64,000 bases of DNA from Polyangiaceae bacterium (lineage in GTDB: Bacteria; Myxococcota_A; Polyangia; Polyangiales; Polyangiaceae), in NCBI GenBank assembly GCA_044376115.1, contig JBILLK010000024.1, positions 96,001 through 160,000 on the forward strand, given 5' to 3'. The notes below the pieces were generated by a model. The model did no database searches, had not been told where the DNA came from, and worked only from the letters and a program-made list of their open reading frames with translations. The position numbers were made by a program, and so were the translations under genes. Positions 61,529-64,000 of the stretch are shown here, in pieces; within the stretch, counting starts at the first letter, position 1; each line of letters starts with the position of its first letter.

Positions 61529-62122
61529 TCAGCGCGTGCGCGTGACGTCGCGAGCTTCGAAGCAGGTCCTGCAACGCGCCTCATAGCTCTCACTGCCGCC
61601 AACGAGCACGGTGCCACGATCTTCGATCAAGCGTTGGGAGCGCGAGGCCTCGCCCCCGCATACCGTGCAAACGGCGTGGACCTTCGTTACCTCCTCAGCG
61701 ATCGCCATGAGCTCGGGCATCGGGTGGAACGGGCGCCCGAGGTAGTCTTGATCCAAGCCGGCGACGATCACGCGGATGCCCTGATCGGCGAGCCGCTGCA
61801 CCACGTCGACGATCCCGCGGTCGAAGAACTGCGCCTCATCCACCGCCACGACCTGCGTCTCCTCGAGTACGCGCGCGGCTAGGCTCTCGCTGTTGGCCAC
61901 GGCGACAGCCGAAAGCACCTTCGATGCGCCCTCCTCGGCCGCAGCGTGGCTTACGATCTTCTCGGCGTCGTAGCGGTCGTCGATGCGAGGTTTGAAGGCC
62001 TGCACACTCTGTTTGGCAAAGCGGGCTCGCTTGACGCGCCGAATCAACTCCTCGGTCTTGCCGCTGAACATCGACCCAGTAATGACTTCGACGGATCCCA
62101 AAGGGAGGCCCCGCGGTTTCAT
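61529..62122 (-). CDS. tdk: Thymidine kinase
   Basis: [32 protein letters not shown]...YEARCRTC. Confidence 0.96.
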   Translation of the reverse strand: MKPRGLPLGSVEVITGSMFSGKTEELIRRVKRARFAKQSVQAFKPRIDDRYDAEKIVSHAAAEEGASKVLSAVAVANSESLAARVLEETQVVAVDEAQFFDRGIVDVVQRLADQGIRVIVAGLDQDYLGRPFHPMPELMAIAEEVTKVHAVCTVCGGEASRSQRLIEDRGTVLVGGSESYEARCRTCFEARDVTRTR

Positions 62123-62298
62123 ATCCGCTACACCATTCGCCTTGCGTTGCCGCGGCAAGCGGATTCAGCCGAGCGGCAGTTGGCGCATCGGAAGCCCTTA
62201 AGAACTACGGATTTGTACCGGGGCGGCACCAGCTCGAGCTCTCGCGAGAAAGATGAGAGATGAGAGACCGCGCCGTTCTGCTGTGCTAGGTTGGCACT

Positions 62299-62556
62299 GT
62301 GCAGGTGGTTTTGCGCAAACTCGGACGGGGGTCGAGGGCCGTTGTTGGTCGTCTCGTCCGGCCACCACGCAAAGGTTCCGTCGTGGTGATTGAGTTCTCC
62401 GACGGCATGCACGAGTACGTGACCACGCCGGTCAAGCGCGTGCTTCGCTTGGCAGGCCGCGAGGTCTTCTACATCGAGACCGTCAATTCACGGTATCGCC
62501 TCGAGGTTCGCGGCAAGGAAGTCGCGCTCGAGGGCGCAGCTGGCGAAGGGCGCTGA
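62299..62556 (+). CDS. Small hypothetical protein (85 aa)
   Basis: Compact beta-rich ORF (EYVTTPVKRVL...IETVNSRYRL); preceded by extended -10 TGcTAGGTT. Confidence 0.65.
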   Translation: MQVVLRKLGRGSRAVVGRLVRPPRKGSVVVIEFSDGMHEYVTTPVKRVLRLAGREVFYIETVNSRYRLEVRGKEVALEGAAGEGR

Positions 62557-62701
62557 GCGCACCGCAGGCTCTCTGCAAGAGGGCTTTCCGCAGAGGGCGC
62601 TCGCATAAGGCAATGTTCTTGCCCTCGCAGCTCTCCCGTGGGAAGTCCTCCGGCCCTGCGAGGTCCAACCTCGCGGTTGAACCCCACCAAAGGAACTCGT
62701 G

Positions 62702-62824
62702 ATGGCTAACGGAGATCGCCGCAGATCAAACAAGATGCGCCGCCGCAAGGGGCAAGCGAAGAAGAAAGAGCGCATCAAGAGGCGTATCGCCGCCGCGCGA
62801 AAGCCCGCCGCGAAGAAGAAGTAG
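62702..62824 (+). CDS. Very basic 40-aa protein, possible small ribosomal protein
   Basis: Not in the ORF track; MANGDRRRSNKMRRRKGQAKKKERIKRRIAAARKPAAKKK; AAAGGA RBS; terminator hairpin follows. Confidence 0.7.
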   Translation: MANGDRRRSNKMRRRKGQAKKKERIKRRIAAARKPAAKKK

Positions 62825-62839
62825 GCCGCAAGGCAAAGC

Positions 62840-62867
62840 ACAACGCCCCGTTCGTACGGGGCGTTGT
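62840..62867. terminator. Hairpin between convergent genes
   Basis: ACAACGCCCCGT-TCGT-ACGGGGCGTTGT, perfect 12-bp stem; weak U tracts. Confidence 0.65.
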
Positions 62868-62894
62868 CGTTCCATCTCGTAGCGCTCGATGGGC

Positions 62895-63455
62895 TCAGAA
62901 GCCGCTGAACGAGTCGGCCCCGACACCAAGCTCGCCGTCCATCATCATCGAAGGAGCCACGGCAGCGCCGGGCAACGTCTCGTCCTTGCTCGAGGCCGCC
63001 TTATCGGGCGGGGATTTGCCGTCAAGGGTGGGATCGGGCTCGCGGATCAGGCCCTTGTGTCCGCCGGCGACGGTCTCTTCGTCGATCATCCAGCGGTTGT
63101 TCTCGAGCCGGACCCACTTCTGCTTGAGCGCGGTACCGCGCAGAATCGACTCGTCGATGCGTTGCCACTGCACGTTGACGACGACCACGGCCTTGTCGCT
63201 ACCGAGCATGCGTGCGCCGCCGTACTCCATATCGAGGATGCGAATGCGACCGCCCCAATCGGAGTGCGCATCGGAGTAGGCCTCACGCGCCGTGGGGTTG
63301 ACCGAGTCGAGCACGATGTCCATGCGCCCGAAGCGCGCGGCGGTCACCAGGTCGTTGGCGTTCTCCGAGAGCTTCTGCGCCTGCACTTGAGGCGGCACGC
63401 AAGCGAGCGCTGTGAACGAAAAAGCGAAGGTGATGAGACCACGGATCGACGGCAT
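62895..63455 (-). CDS. Hypothetical lipoprotein
   Basis: TALAC lipobox; small alpha/beta domain. Confidence 0.7.
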   Translation of the reverse strand: MPSIRGLITFAFSFTALACVPPQVQAQKLSENANDLVTAARFGRMDIVLDSVNPTAREAYSDAHSDWGGRIRILDMEYGGARMLGSDKAVVVVNVQWQRIDESILRGTALKQKWVRLENNRWMIDEETVAGGHKGLIREPDPTLDGKSPPDKAASSKDETLPGAAVAPSMMMDGELGVGADSFSGF

Positions 63456-63535
63456 CACAGGGCTCTAGCGAACAGAGCCGAGTTCGGCCAAGTTTCGGCC
63501 CGAATGCGCGTCGATGCTCGGTCAAACGAGCCGGA

Positions 63536-64000
63536 TCAGGGTTTGCCGAAGGGATTGCCGAGCGAGCCGAGCGCGGCGAGCAGACCTGCAGCGCCGCTGC
63601 GCGCTCGTTCGAGATCCACCGCTGGCGTGCTGGTCTCACGCCGTTCCAGGTAAAGATCCGTGGGGATCTCGGTGAGAAAGCGGCTGGGGATGCGAGCGGT
63701 GACACGGCCGCGGACGATGCGCTTTTCGGCGCGCAACATGAACAGCTTGTCTTTGGCGCGCGTGACCGACACGTAGAAGAGACGCCGCTCCTCATCGACG
63801 CTCGAGGCGTGCTCGCCCATCGGTACGTCGGTGGCGCGCTCGGTTTGCGTGCGCGCGTGGGGCAAGAGGCCTTCTTCGATGCCGACGATGAAGACGTAGG
63901 GGAACTCGAGCCCTTTGGCTCCGTGCATCGTCGTCAACGTGCAAACGTCGCCCTTCTCCTCGTCGTCTCCGGCGTCACGCAGCGCCAAGAGGCGCAAGTA
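63536..64000 (-). CDS. UvrD/Rep/PcrA family helicase, C-terminal part (5' end outside window)
   Basis: TLTTMHGAKGLEFPYVF...EEGLLPH...EERRLFYVSVTRAK...PSRFLTEIP. Confidence 0.93.
   Translation of the reverse strand, partial: YLRLLALRDAGDDEEKGDVCTLTTMHGAKGLEFPYVFIVGIEEGLLPHARTQTERATDVPMGEHASSVDEERRLFYVSVTRAKDKLFMLRAEKRIVRGRVTARIPSRFLTEIPTDLYLERRETSTPAVDLERARSGAAGLLAALGSLGNPFGKP

Noticed and set aside
62291..62315. sigma54 promoter at TTGGCAC
   Set aside because: No GC at the required distance, and the site overlaps the start codon.

Overview
GC-rich bacterial chromosome segment. MYXO-CTERM proteins, many Cys-rich lipoproteins and extended ribosomal proteins point to a myxobacterium, probably Polyangiales (inference). 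About 75 CDS; no rRNA, tRNA, CRISPR array or mobile element was recognised. Main blocks: (1) 1-5200, a sigma54 XylR/V4R-type activator divergent from a tightly coupled operon: 61-aa protein, groEL paralog without groES, 57-aa protein, pirin lacking its metal ligands, ClsB-like phospholipase D. A -24/-12 promoter precedes the operon and a Zn-ribbon gene converges on the activator. (2) 5.3-39.6 kb, mixed envelope, signalling and metabolic genes: TraB-like OmpA/TSP3 protein, Tex, FxsA, ECF/anti-sigma, vWA-MYXO-CTERM adhesin with an FGE-fold partner, fhs, GH25, carbonic anhydrase-SulP, and a kinase/Fe-S/kinase operon. (3) 39.7-52.0 kb, the S10(distal)-spc-alpha ribosomal protein cluster, which begins at rplV behind its own promoter and a multi-stem leader of about 250 nt. 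(4) 52.4-64 kb, lipoproteins, HD-GYP, porin, PBP, tdk, a 40-aa basic ribosomal-protein-like ORF absent from the ORF track, and a partial UvrD helicase. The strongest novelty candidates are the sigma54-GroEL stress module, the rplV leader RNA and the 40-aa basic protein. All calls come from motif recognition by eye, without database searches.
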